Notes: generated by a model from the sequence alone, not told the origin. Counted from the stretch's first letter, positions 12,815 through 24,839 are shown. The stretch: DNA of 64,000 nt from Hemiscyllium ocellatum (GCF_020745735.1 NC_083415.1:31610964-31674963), one strand, 5' to 3'. Made by a program: numbers and translations.

Positions 12815-13090
12815 CGGTTGTAACAATGTATTCAGAACACTCCAAGTGCTTCATAGCCAATTGCTGATTTTTGAAGATTCAAATTATTTGAAAGGCACAT
12901 ACAACAGACAACTTGTATACACTAAGATCCCAGAGCAGCAAACGAGTGAATTTATGGTGGTTGTGCAAGGCTAGAATGTTTGTCAGGGCAACAGGAGAAC
13001 TTTTGTGTCTTTGAATAGTGACCACCAGAGATCATTGACACCACCTGAGGATACAAGTGTGGTTTAAAATCTCATCTGAGAAAGAAATGG
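12815..13090 (-). mobile_element. Old Deu-domain SINE remnant (SacSINE1/AmnSINE-like)
   Basis: aagatcccagagcagca..ctttgaatagtg..ccacctgag..ggtttaaaatctcatctga resembles the reverse complement of the Deu domain; similar to 49640-49975. Confidence 0.5.
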
Positions 13091-13559
13091 TATTACATTG
13101 ATTTAGATAAGTTTTCAATAATAAAGGAAATAAATAAAAGAGATAATGTGGTTATGATATTAGACTTAAAATCCAGATAAAAAACATGAAAGATCCCACC
13201 TTACAATGACAATTGATCATTTTTAAAAAATTTTGTAAATAGAAAGCTGGCAAAAGTGAAAAGAATTATTTAATTTGCTTATCTATTTAAAGGACAGAAG
13301 TCCTTTATGTTACCCCAGCCGAACATTTATTCTTTGATCAAACAATTTTTGTTCACTTTATAAAAATATATACCCTTGTAAACAGATTAATTAGTCTGTA
13401 TTGCTGCAACATTAATTTCCAAATCATCAGCTTATTTGTTCCTTCCATGAATGCTCCATATTTTTCTTTCTGTTTTTCGTTTGGCTCATGCATCTTTCAA
13501 CTCCTGGCTGTTTGCGGTATCTTGCTACATTGTTGCCTTGAATGCATGCGACTGTATTT

Positions 13560-14620
13560 AGAACATAGAACATAGAACATTACAGCGCAGTACAGGCTCT
13601 TCAGCCCTCGATGTTGCGCCGCCCTGTCTGACTAATCTGAATCCATCCCACCTACACTATTCCATGTACGTCCATTTGCTTGTTCAATGACAACTTAAAT
13701 GCACAAAAACTTGGCAAATCTACTATCGTTGTAGGCAAGGCATTCCATACCCTTACTACTCTCTGAGTAAAGAAACTACCTCTGACATCTGTCTTATACC
13801 TATTTCCCCTCACTTTAAAGTTGTATCCTCTCTTGTTTGCTGTCCCCATACTTGGAAAAAGGCTGTCCCCGTCCACCCTATCTAACCCTCTGATTATCTT
13901 GTATGTCTCTATTAAGTCACCTCTCAACTTTCTTCTCTCTAACGAGAACAGCCTCAAGGCCCTCAGCCTTTCCTCTTAAGACCTTCCCTCCATACCATGC
14001 AATATCCAAGTAAATCTCCTCTGCACCATTTCCAAAGCATCCACATCCTTCTTATAATGCGGTGACCAGAACTATACACAATACTCCAAGTGTGGCCGTG
14101 CCAGAGCTTTGTACAGCTGCAGCATAACCTCCTGGTTCCGGAACTCAATCCCTCTATTAATAAAGGCCAAAACACTGTATGCCTTCTTAACAACCCTGTC
14201 AATCTGGGTGGCAACTTTCAGGGATCTGTGTACATGGACACCAAGATCTCTCTGCTCATCTGCACTCCCAAGAATCTTACCATTAGCCCAGTACTTTGCA
14301 TTCCGATTACTCCGGCCAAAGTGTATCACCTCACACTTGTCCACATTAAACTCCATTTGCCACCTCTCACCCCAGCTCTGCATCCTATCTATGTCTCTCT
14401 GCAACCTACTACATCCTTTGTCACTATCCACAACTCCACCAACCTTAGTGTTGTCCGTAAATTTACTAACCCACCCTTCTAAGCTCTCATCCAGGTCATT
14501 TGTAAAAATGACAAACAGCAGTGGACCCAACACCGACCCATGCGGTACGCCGCTCGTAACTGAACACCAAGATGAACATGTTCCATCAACTACAACCCTC
14601 TGGTTTTTTTTCAGCAAGCC
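13560..14620 (-). mobile_element. CR1 LINE 3' portion with (TTCTATG)n tail
   Basis: ORFs 14072-14617 (GVPHGSVLGPLLF, KFTDNTK) and 13652-13957; gaacatagaacatagaacat tail on the + strand. Confidence 0.9.
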
Positions 14621-14977
14621 AATACTTATGAGCTGAAGATCTTGAATGTTTAAATTATGAATTTCTGTTTTTAGTTGAGTTGGAGTAATGTTACCTTACT
14701 AAAGCTGTGAAGGTTGAACTGTTTCTTTTTTAATGGGAGAATTGAATATTGGATTTGAAGAAAGTAGTCAGTGATTAATATTTAGGGTGTCTTGAAACAG
14801 AAAAGATGCTATTTAAACAAACTTTATTTAATGAAATACGTGGAATTAGAGGGTGACGACAGGACGTGGAATGGAATTAAAACAGAAGATGGGCAGAAAT
14901 TTAGAAAAAAAATACCAAAAATTTTGGATAGAAACTAAAATAAACCACGGAAAGTAGAAGTGCAACATTTTGGAAAT

Positions 14978-15194
14978 TTTTGCAAGGTTTGTAGCTCAGG
15001 TTGAGGTTTAGGGTGTAGGTAAGCTCGCTGAGCTGTAGGTTTCATATCCAGTCGTTTCATTACCTGGTTAGGTAACATCATCAGTGGCGACCTCCAAGTG
15101 AGGCTTGGCGGTCGCCACCGATGATGTTACCTAGCCAGGTAATGAAACGTCTGGATATCAAACCTACAGCTCAGCGAGCAAACCTACACCCTAA
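14978..15194. mobile_element. Palindromic PLE family B pLTR insertion with a hammerhead motif in each arm
   Basis: Arms 15007-15098 and 15104-15195 with about 7 mismatches; 11-bp TSD attttggaaat at 14967-14977 and 15195-15205; homologous to 33080-33190 and 55795-55870. Confidence 0.88.
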
Positions 15195-15287
15195 ATTTTG
15201 GAAATGTAAGAGAGTGGGGTTTATTGTGATGTTTTTCCTGCTCCTAATTGAAAGCTGAACTATTTCTCCAGGTGCATGGCAATGTGA

Positions 15288-15430
15288 CCTTTTGTTATAA
15301 ATTCTGTGTCTCATGGTCCTGCTCCACAACTACCTGATAAAGGAGCATCGCTTTGAAAGCTAGTGTTTCCAGATAAACCTATTGGACTATAACCTGGTGT
15401 TGTGTGATTTTTGAACACTTTTCCCCAGTG
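15288..15430 (+). mobile_element. PLE family C pLTR fragment abutting the ZGPAT 5' region
   Basis: ctacCTGATAAAGGAGCATCGCTTTGAAAGCTAgtg..ctataacctggtgttgtgtgattttt is the reverse complement of about 6425-6570. Confidence 0.8.
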
Positions 15431-15439
15431 TGAGTTCAG

Positions 15440-16101
15440 CCACAGGTCAGAGGTTGCTCGCTGCCTTTTCCTTCCGGAGTTAATGTTCCTGTTGAGGGAT
15501 GGCGGCGGGAGCTGAACAGTTTTGATCGCTGTCAGTGTGGCTCCGTATCGCCGGCCATGGACGAGGCGAGCCTGGAGGCGGCCATCGAGGTGTACAAGGC
15601 CCAGCTGCAGCAGGTGGAGGCGGCGCTGGGATCCGGGGCCCAAGCCGATGCTCAGGCCGACCTGCTCCAGCTCCAGGCCGACCTGCAGCAGTTGGTCGCC
15701 CTGACCGAGTCCAGCCTCCTCTCGGTCCGCAAGAGCCAGCTCCTGGAGCAGCTACAGCGAGGCGCCTCGTCGCCGGAGCCCGAGGCCCAGCCGGGGCTCG
15801 ACGCCGAATACGCCGCTTTCCAGGCGGCCCTGGGCGAGGCCGAGGGGAGCCGGGAGCCGGGGAGCGGCGATGAGGCCGAGGCCGAGGCTGAGGCTGGGGA
15901 GATGAGCGGCGCCAAGGTGCGGGCTCCTTACCGCCCTGCCTGGGGCCCTGTGCAGTATCACAACGCCATGGTGGTGGGTGTGGAGGCTGACCAGCCGCCC
16001 GAGCCCACAGTCCGTGTCCTGTGGATCCACCCGACCCAGAGAGCCATGAAACCCTGCCCCTTCTACCTGAGTGGGAGCTGCCGCTTCCTGGATTCATGCA
16101 G
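15440..16101 (+). promoter_or_regulatory. CpG island covering the ZGPAT 5' end
   Basis: High GC and CpG density; CTTCCGG ETS site at 15471; YY1-like GATGGCGGC at 15498. Confidence 0.75.
15557..16101 (+). CDS. ZGPAT: ZGPAT (zinc finger CCCH-type and G-patch domain protein) coding exon 1
   Basis: MDEASLEAAIEVYKAQLQQVE.., YHNAMVVG, KPCPFYLSGSCRFLDSCR (CCCH finger); gccATGG context; donor AG|GTAACT; 545 bp, phase 2. Confidence 0.96.
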
Positions 16102-16221
16102 GTAACTCAGGAAGGAAAGGCTGAACACATGGACAAACATCATTGGGGGGAGTTCAAAGTTAGGGTCAGTCATAATCACTGGTACAGCCCATGAAAACAT
16201 TCAGGAGCACATTACCAAGAC

Positions 16222-16390
16222 GCTGGAGAAACCCGGCAGATCTGCCAGCATCTATGGAGGAAAAACAGTGACCGTTTTGAATCCAGTGACCCTTCCAAAT
16301 GTTAACTCTGCTCTCTCTCTTCTCAGATGTTGCCAGACCTGCTGAGTTTCTCCAGCAATTTCTGTTTTCATTTCAGACTTTCAACATCTA
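16222..16390. mobile_element. Head-to-head PLE family D pLTR pair (decayed hairpin)
   Basis: gctggagaaacccggcagatctgccagcatct pairs with agatgttgccagacctgctgagtttctccagc. Confidence 0.65.
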
Positions 16391-16669
16391 AGGTTTAATT
16401 TTAGAGTTCGTGATATGTTTACCTCCTACAGGAGTAATTGAGACGCATTGTGTTGAGGAGATGTTACTTAAAAAAGGCTAGTGCAATGAATACAAGGTGA
16501 TGCCATGAAGAAGGATGACTTTATGCTCGTATGGAGCACCATGGGCAAGTTGGCCAAATGTTATTGTGCTGAAAATTTGAAGTAATAAAGAGTTAGTTTG
16601 ATCTACCTCAAAGGCCGCAGAACGATGCTTACTAATAAATATGCATTTTTACAGTTGTATATCTTTTGT

Positions 16670-16958
16670 GGGCGGCACGGTGGCACAGTGGTTAGCACTG
16701 CTGCCTCACAGCGCCTGAGACCTGGGTTCAATTCCCGACTCAGGTGACAGACTGTGTGGAGTTTGCACGTTCTCCCCGTGTCTGCGTGGGTTTCCTCTGG
16801 GTGCTCTGGTTTCCTCCCACAGTCCAAAGATGTGCGGGATTGCCCGTAGTGTTAGGTAAGGGGTAAATGTAGGGGTATGTGTGGGTTGCACTTCGGCAGG
16901 TCGGTGTGGACTTGTTGGGCCGAAGGGCCTGTTTCCACACTGTAAATAATCTAATCTA
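16670..16958 (+). mobile_element. HE1-like tRNA-derived V-SINE
   Basis: A box tggcacagtgg, B box ggttcaattcc, V-domain tgtgtggagtttgcacgttctccccgtgtctgcgtgggtttcc, CR1-like tail ending aatctaatct. Confidence 0.9.
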
Positions 16959-16989
16959 TTTAAACATAGTCTCAGTTTTGTTAAGAGTG

Positions 16990-18220
16990 GCCACAAATTC
17001 AAAAAGAAATTATGGAAATAATCATTCTCATTCTCAGCAGGTTTGTAGACTGTGACTAGAAGGGTACTGCAAGGATTAGGCTTGGATCCCAGCTATATAT
17101 ATTGGGCATGAGGACCGAATTTAATATTTCCAAGTTTATTCATGACACCAAACTAGGTGGTAATGTGAGTTGTGAGGATGATGCGTAGAGGCTTCAAGGA
17201 TATTTAGACCGGCTGAAAATGAATGGTACTTGGAATATCATGTGGAAAGTGTGAAGCTATTCATTTTAGTAGGAAAAATGGAAAGGCAAAGTATTATGTG
17301 GTGAGAATGAGAAATGTTGATATTAAAATAGATTGGGTAACCTTGTTTGTATATCACTGAAGGTAATGTACAGAGTCAGGAGGCAGTTGGGAAGGCTAAT
17401 GGTATGTTAGTTTTGTTGCAACAGGATTTTGCAGGGGTCATGCTACAATTAGATAGAGCCTTGGTGAGACTGCACCTTGCATATTGTGTGTAGTTTTGTT
17501 TCATTTCCTCAGGGATGATGCACTTGCCATTGTGGTATATAAAGCAAATATTCATTAGATTTATTCCTTAGTGGGTAGAATTTAGATTAGGTTAGATTCC
17601 TGACAATGTGGAAACAGGCCTTTCGGACAAACAAGTCCACACCGACCCACCGAAGAGCAACCCACCACTCCCTTCTGACTAATGCACCTAACAACTGTGG
17701 GCAGTTTAACATGGCCAATTCACCTTTGGAATGTGGGAGGAAACCGGAGTACCGGAGGAAACCCACGCAGACATGGCAACCGGGACCCTGGTGCTGTGAG
17801 GCAGCAGTGCTAACCACTGAGCCACCATGCCGCCCATTGTCTTAGGAGGACAGATTGAGGGAACTGGACCTATATTTTAGAATTCAGAAGAATGAGATTT
17901 GATCATATTGAAGCATATAAAATAATTACAAGACTTATTACAGTTGATGCAAGAAAGTGTATCTATAACAAAGGAACAGTCTCAAAATAGAAGGTTGTCC
18001 ATTGGGGGCTAAGATGAGGATGAAGTTTTTCACTTGGTGAATTATTTTTTTCAGAGAGCTGTGGAGGGTCAGTCATTGATCATATTAAAGACAGAAATAT
18101 TTCTAGGTCTAAGATACATCAAGGGATATGTGGATTGTGTGGCAAAATAGTATGGAGGTAGATGGTCAGCCGTGATTTGATTTGAATGGTGGAACAGGCT
18201 TGATGAGCCAAATCAATGCT
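16990..18220 (+). mobile_element. Old CR1-type LINE RT/3' fragment interrupted by a SINE
   Basis: Decayed KF.HDTKLGG and LHLAYCV motifs; sequence resumes after the SINE at 17836. Confidence 0.6.
17583..17835 (-). mobile_element. HE1-like SINE
   Basis: Reverse complement of the 16670 family with internal deletions. Confidence 0.85.
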
Positions 18221-18769
18221 TAAAATATATAGTGGCAGTGGGTGAATGCATTTCCCCTAATCACAAGAAAATATAATAGGGTGGCTGATCAGTGAAAAGC
18301 TGCTCTTGTATATAGATTGTAAGGAGTGTCTCTAATCAGAGGCTAGCTCTCTTGTGCTTGCTGTTGTTAGGCTCACTTCTATCAATAGTACAGCAATGAG
18401 AAAGCTGCAAAGGGGTGGGGGAGACGAGGGATAGCATAGCCTACAAAGAGGCGGGGGGAAGGTTTGCAAATGGATTGGAGGTCGAAGAGGTTTAAGGCTA
18501 TGAAAAGGGACTGAGTAGGTGGGAAGCTGGGGACATGGATTTAGGTGGGAAAAGGAGGTTTAAAGGGCAGTCAGAGACCAGAGGCATCTGAAGGGGCAAC
18601 AAGGGAGGTGGGAGTGACAGGGAGGAAACCGGTGTTGCAAAGAGAGCAGGCTGTTAACTGGGAAAATCACAAGATAATAAAATACTTGCAAATGAATTTG
18701 GAATTCCCTTGTTCAGTGCTGCATATGTTCAGGAGATTTTTGCAAAAATTGCAGCAGATATTATTGTGA

Positions 18770-19970
18770 TGAACATAAGAGCTAGGAGTAGGCCATTGGC
18801 CCTTCCAGCCTGCACCACCATTCAGTAAGCTCATGGCTGATCTTTTGTGGCCACAGCTCCACTTACCCACCCTCTCACCATAACCCTTAATTCCTTTGCT
18901 GTTCAAAAAAATGATCTATTTTTAGCTTTTAAAACATTTACTGAGTAAGCCTCACGACTTCACTTGGCAGGGAATTCCACAGATTCACAACCCTCTAGGT
19001 GAAGAAGTTCCTTCTCAATTCAGTCCTAAATCTGCTCCCCCTAATTTTGAGGCTATGCCCTCTTGTCCCAGTTTCACCCATCAGTGGAAACATCCTTTCT
19101 ACTTTTGTATCTTATCTATTCCAATCATAATTTTATAAGTTTCTATATGATCCCCACCCATTCTGAATTTCAAGGAATATAATCACAGCCTACTCAGCCT
19201 CTTCTCATAAGTCAATCCCCGCAACTTCTGAATCAACCTAGTGAACCTCCTCAGCACTTCTTTTAGTCCCTGTACATTCGTTCTCAAGTAGGGGCAGTTC
19301 AGAACTAGAAGGCATAGGTTTAGGGTGAGGGGAGAAAGATATAAAAGGGACCTAAAGGGCAACCTTTTCACACAGAGGGTGGTGCATGTATGGAATGAAC
19401 TGCTAGAGGAAGTGGTGGAGGCTGGTACAATTACAGCATTTAAAAGGTATCTGGATGGGTGTATGAATAGGAAGGGTTTAGAGGTATATGGGCCAAGTGC
19501 TGGCAAATGGGACTAGATTAGTTTAGGATATCTGGTTGGTATAGATGAGTTGAACCATAAGGTCTGTTTCAGTGCTATACATCTCTATGACTCTGTGTGG
19601 CCTCATCAACACCCTATACAGCTGCAGCATAACTTCCCTGATTTAAAAACTCAATCCCTTTAGCAATGAAGGACAAAATTCCATTTGCCTTCTTAATTAC
19701 CTGTTATACCTGCAGACCAACCTTCTGTGATTCATGCACAAGGACAGCCAGCTGCATTTGCACAGCAGCATGCTGCAATTTTTTTACCATTCAAGTATTA
19801 ATCCTTTTTACTGTTATTCCTACCAAAATGGATAACTTCACATTTATTAACATTGTACTCCATCTGCCAGGCCTTAACCCACTCACTTAAACTATCTGTG
19901 TCCCTCTGCAAACTTCCATAGTCCTCTGCTGATTTTGTTCTACCACTCATCTTAGTGTCATCCACCAACT
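18770..19970 (-). mobile_element. CR1 LINE 3' portion with a younger + strand CR1 3' end nested at about 19290-19595
   Basis: gaacataagagctagg tail; nested ORF 19325-19516 RGERYKRDLKGNLFTQRVV with ctatgactct tail. Confidence 0.8.
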
Positions 19971-20199
19971 CTTGGTTGTTAAACTTAACACTGAGGTGAA
20001 GTAAGTAGGGTTAGTCACTGCCTGGTTGAAATATTCCAGCTTTGAATATGCAATGAGTACGTATTAGCTGTAACTTCACTATTCTAGAGGATGTATTTAG
20101 GGTGAAAGCTTCTTGTGTATAGAAGTATGTCAGTTATTTTGATGAAAGAAACATCGCTGACTTTTGTCATTGTGCAATACCGTGTCTATAAAATTAATG

Positions 20200-20781
20200 A
20201 TTTGGAGGTGTTGGTGTTGGAATGGGGTGTACAAAGTTTAAATATCATACAAGACCAGGTTTATTTGGAAACCCTATCTTTCGAAGCGCTGCTCCTTCAT
20301 CAGGTGGTTGTGGAGTATAAGGTCGTAGAACACAGAATTGAAAGCAAATGTTTACAGTGTGATGTAGCTGAAATTATATATTGAAAAAGACCTGAATTGT
20401 TTGTTAAGTCTCATCTTTAGAATGGGTGAATTGGTTTCAGTTTTTTCATATGTAAGTTACATTCTAAATTGAACTTTAACAGTAGGTGCCATGTTGGCCC
20501 AGATATTGCATTGAAGGTGTGAGGTTGCTGTGCCCCTCTGTTCAGACTTATTCCAATCTAAAAAAGGGATTTACAGAATCTTAGATGGATTTATTAAGTT
20601 TTTGAGCAAAATACAACATAATTCTGCAAGTACAAATTCATCCCACAAACTTATACATGTGGGTGTATGCATGCAGAGGAGGGTAGGGGATAGTATGAGT
20701 GTATGTGTGTGAGGGTGTGTGTGAGTGCTTCCAGATAAACCTGTTGGACACTGTAGCCTGGAGTTGTGTGGTTTTGAACTG
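20200..20781 (-). mobile_element. PLE family C 3' fragment with an inverted pLTR piece at 20725-20781
   Basis: Homologous to 62140-62700; 13-bp TSD tataaaattaatg at 20187-20199 and 20782-20794. Confidence 0.8.
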
Positions 20782-20954
20782 TATAAAATTAATGCTTTCT
20801 TTGTCTGTTGTGGCTTTAAGTTTAATGGAAAATTGATAACACTGGAAATATTAATGGATTTTTCTAATTCTGTGAGGTGTCAGTCACTGGGTTGGGGATT
20901 GGGAATGGAGAGAATGGATTCACAGGACAGCCTCTGAAGAGTCACCACAGGGAA

Positions 20955-21262
20955 TTGATGGCCTAGTGGTATTATCGCTGGACTGTTATTCAAGACGGTT
21001 AGATAAAGTTCTGGGGACCATTGTTCAAATCCCGCCATGGCAGATGGTGGAATTTGAATTCAATAAATATCTGGAATAGGAACTTAATGTCTTCTATATA
21101 TATATCCATTGCCAATTATTGGGAAAAAAATATCTGGTTTAGTAATGTCCTTTAGGGAAAGAAATCTGATTGACTCTCAACTGCCCTCTGGGCAATTAGG
21201 GATGAGCACTAAATGCTGCCTAGCCAGTGATACACTCATTCCGTGAATGAATAAAGAAAATA
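20955..21262 (+). mobile_element. tRNA-derived SINE, second family
   Basis: A box tggcctagtgg, B box gttcaaatcc, tail gaatgaataaag; an older copy lies at about 24330-24720. Confidence 0.7.
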
Positions 21263-21264
21263 AT

Positions 21265-22235
21265 TTTGATAAAGAGGAACCCTTTGATGTACTGTACTTG
21301 GATTTCCAGAAGACATTTGACAAAGTGGCTTGGAAAGGTTGTTGTTGAAAATAGTCATTCATGGTGTAGGGAGTGATTTATTTGCAAAGATAGAAGACTG
21401 GCTAGCCAGAAAAAGAGTTTATATGTAAATTCATTTATTTTTCAACACATTGGCAAGATGTGACTGTGGGGTCTCCATCTTTTCCAATTTAATTTTAAAG
21501 ATAGTGAATGGCAGGTGGAGTTTAATTTGGATAAGTGCAAGTATTGCATTTTGGTAAAACAAGAAGGGTAGGACTTTAGCAATTTAAAATTAGGGCTGTG
21601 GGTGGTGTTGTAGAGCAGTGTGACCTTGAGGTTCAGATACATTATTCTTTGAACTTTGTGTCACGTGAAAATGGAGTGATTAAGGTGTTTAGCATGCTTG
21701 CCTTCATTGCTCGGATCTTTGAGTACAGGAGTTGGGATGTCATGTTGAGGTTGTACAGGACATTGGTGAGGCTTCTCCTGGAGTACTGTGTTCAGGTCTG
21801 ATCTCCCTGTTGTAGGAAAGATAGAAAAGATTTACCAGAATGTTGCTGGGATTGGCGGGTTTGAGTTCTAAAAATAGGCTCGAATTTTTTTTTACTGAAG
21901 TGTAGGAGGTTGAGGTTTATAATGTCCTGAGGTACAGTTAAGGTGAATGGCAGGTGTCTTTTCCCTGGAATGGAGGATTTCAGAACTAGGGGGCATATTT
22001 TTAAGATGAAAAGAGAAGAAGAGAACTTTTTTTCACAGTGTTTTTTGTGTGGAAAAGTGGTGGATGCAGGTATAGTTACAATGTTTTTAAAAGACATTTG
22101 GATAAGTCCATGAATAAGAGAGGTTTGCAGGGATATGGGCCAAACATAGGTAGTTGGGACTAGTTTAGTTTGGGATTATGGTCGGCGTGGACTTGTTGGA
22201 CAAAAGGATCTGTTTCGATATTGTACGACTCTAAA
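21265..22235 (+). mobile_element. CR1 LINE fragments
   Basis: YLDFQKTFDKV; ORF 21598 LYRTLVRLLLEYCVQ; CR1 3' UTR. Confidence 0.75.
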
Positions 22236-23248
22236 TGCTTCATAATTCAACACAAACATAGAAAGCAATGATACTACATGCCTGCATTTTCTAATAAAAG
22301 GTAGTAAGAATCTGAAAATAAACCTCAAAAATCAGAGTAATGCTCAAGAGTAAAACTTGAAATGAGGGAAATTGGCCTGCTTCTGATCCTGTGATGCGTT
22401 TATATGAACAATGTATTAGCATACAAGTCAGCAGCGAGAGAAAGTCACTTGAACACAATCTTCTAGATATCCTATCAAGATGAAAGATAAAACTGAAACC
22501 ATACATTTGAGTTATCAGTAATATTACCTCAGTGTTTGTGGCTGTGTCAGCTGCTGCTTCCTACCCTTTCCTAAAAACGTGCTTATCTTTGCCCTAGGCT
22601 TTTATTGCTCCAGCTTCACCCCCTCACCCCATTCATAATCAAGTAATTTCTGCTGTACTTGTTTCTTCATCCAACTATCTTGACCCAGCACTAATTAACT
22701 TATTAAAGTTCCTTTACAAAGGCAACATTTTCCTTACCTTCAAAACTGTCATCATTAGCTGCTTCCTCAAAGAATGTTACAAATGCTATTACCTACAAAA
22801 TCATCACTTCTCTTTTCTTTAAATAATTTCAATATATTGTCAACAAAATTCCTTATTCACCTTTTCCATGACTGTTTAAATTACTTTCCCCTTATAGTAC
22901 ATTACTGAGATTTTTCTGGATATCCTTTGCAAATTGCAGCTTTGTCTTGGTATTGCTCCATAACTTATTCTGAGTATTTGACACGATCAACCATTCCAAA
23001 CACTACTTCCATGAGCTCCATCTTTGTTCAAGTGTCCATGCATAGTTTCACTTTCCTCCAGTGTGGACTGGGCATCTTTAATATTGGCTTTTCCTATTAT
23101 CTCCAGAATGCCACACAATTCACTTTTTCGGTCTTTTAATTAATGTTTGTGTTTAGCAACATTCAGTTTCTTTGGCATTAATGATACTGTATGATGGCCT
23201 CACCACTATCTCATTTGATTTCATGATCATCTCATTACTGGGTTAAGT

Positions 23249-23445
23249 GTCAAAAAGTGTGGTGCTGGAAAAGAGAGTTGATAGAGTATAAACTCTTCAT
23301 CAGTAAAGCCAATATTCTGAAGAAGAGCTTATGCTCAAAACATTGATTCTCCTGCTCCGTGGATGCTGCCTGACCGGCTGTGCTTTTCCAGCACCACACT
23401 TTTTGACTCTAATCTCCAGCATCTGCAGTCTTCTCATTCTCCTCA
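23249..23445. mobile_element. PLE family A pLTR with inverted 5' segment
   Basis: Perfect 25-bp inverted repeat at 23249-23273 and 23383-23407; CTGAAGAAGAGCTTATGCTC motif on + and CTGATGAAGAG on -. Confidence 0.75.
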
Positions 23446-23538
23446 TTATCAGGCTTACTTGGTATAATTATGTTAGAGCATTGGGGTACAGAATGTGTCC
23501 TGCTATTCCTCTATCTATTATCTCTAATAGAGATAAAA

Positions 23539-23828
23539 GGGAGGCAAGGTGGCTCAGTGGTTAGCACTGCTGCCTCATAGCAGAAGCGTCCCAGATTCAA
23601 TTCCAGACTTGGGTGAATGTCTGTATGGAGTTTGCACATTCTCCTCATGTCTGCGTGGGTTTCCTCCGGGTGCTCCGGTTTCCTGTCTCAGTGCAGAGAT
23701 GTGCAGGTGAGGTAAATTGGCCATGCTAAATTGCCCATACTGTTAGGTGCATTAGTTGGAGGGGGATGGGTGGTGTGGACTTGTTGGGCCAATAAGCCTG
23801 TTTCCACACTGTCGGAAATCTAATCTAT
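23539..23828 (+). mobile_element. HE1-like SINE
   Basis: Same family as 16670. Confidence 0.88.
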
Positions 23829-24329
23829 CACCTCTGCATTATTGCCCTTGCCTCAATCTCACTGCCATTGAGACCCTTGTCCAGACTTTATCTCCACACT
23901 TTCCTTGTTTAATGTCTTTCTTGTTGACTTTCTGGTTTCTTTAGATGCAAACTCGGTCATACAAAACTCTGGAGTAATATATTTTCCTTTAATTAGATGT
24001 TCCTGCAATGAAATAGGACGTAAAGCATCATACATATACCACTGTATTTCTTGACAAGAACCACCGCATCTATTTCCATACTTCAGCTTATACTTTCATA
24101 TTTCTCCATCCTTCTTTGATGTCATATTTTTCAAACTATTATGCAAAACACTATTGGAAAAGAAATTGCGTACTCTGTCCAAGCATTAATTTGCAGTAAA
24201 GCAAAGCAGTTTGTAGCAACTTTTCATACAAAGACATTTTCTAATCTTGTTTAATTTTTTCTTTATTCACATTAACATGCTGACTACTTCTTCATCAAGA
24301 TGTTCATAATTTTGAAGACGTTAATTTGT

Positions 24330-24720
24330 GGGAAATGGTGGCATGCTGGTAATGTTATTGGGTTAGTATCTATAAGCCCAGCCTGTCATGATTTCAAATG
24401 CTATCATAGTAGCAGGTGAAATGTAAATGCAATTAATAGTCATGGAACTAATATAAAAGGTTAATCTCAGCAATGGTGATTGTGAAACTATTATCAATTT
24501 TTGTTTTAAAAAAAAACATCTAGTTCATAAATATCCTTCATGGAAGGAAATTTGCCATGCTTTCCTGATCTGGCCAATGTGTGACACCGTATCCACAGAA
24601 ATATTGTTGACCTTTTAACTATCTTCTGCAGCAATGTAGCAAAACAAGTGCACTGAAAAATGAGCAATAAATGATGGCCTTCCACTGGCTTTCATGTCCC
24701 ATTAAAGAGTAAAGAAAAGC
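24330..24720 (+). mobile_element. Old tRNA-derived SINE (family of 20955)
   Basis: catctagttcataaatatccttcatggaaggaaatttgcc and gcaataaatgatggcc match the younger copy. Confidence 0.55.
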
Positions 24721-24839
24721 TCAATTCTCTTATTCACTATACCAGATTGTAGAAAACCAAGCTAATGCCTGAATCCTTGCTTCACAAATGAAGCCAGATA
24801 ATGTTGCTGAATCTGTGTGATGTCTTCCATCGTTTTTAT

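Noticed and set aside
15311-16097. Long antisense and alternative-frame ORFs (205, 110 and 112 aa) over ZGPAT exon 1
   Set aside because: Expected by-products of a GC-rich, stop-poor CpG island; low-complexity Pro/Arg/Gly translations
16670-16745. tRNA-like A/B boxes
   Set aside because: Heads of SINEs, not tRNA genes; no complete cloverleaf
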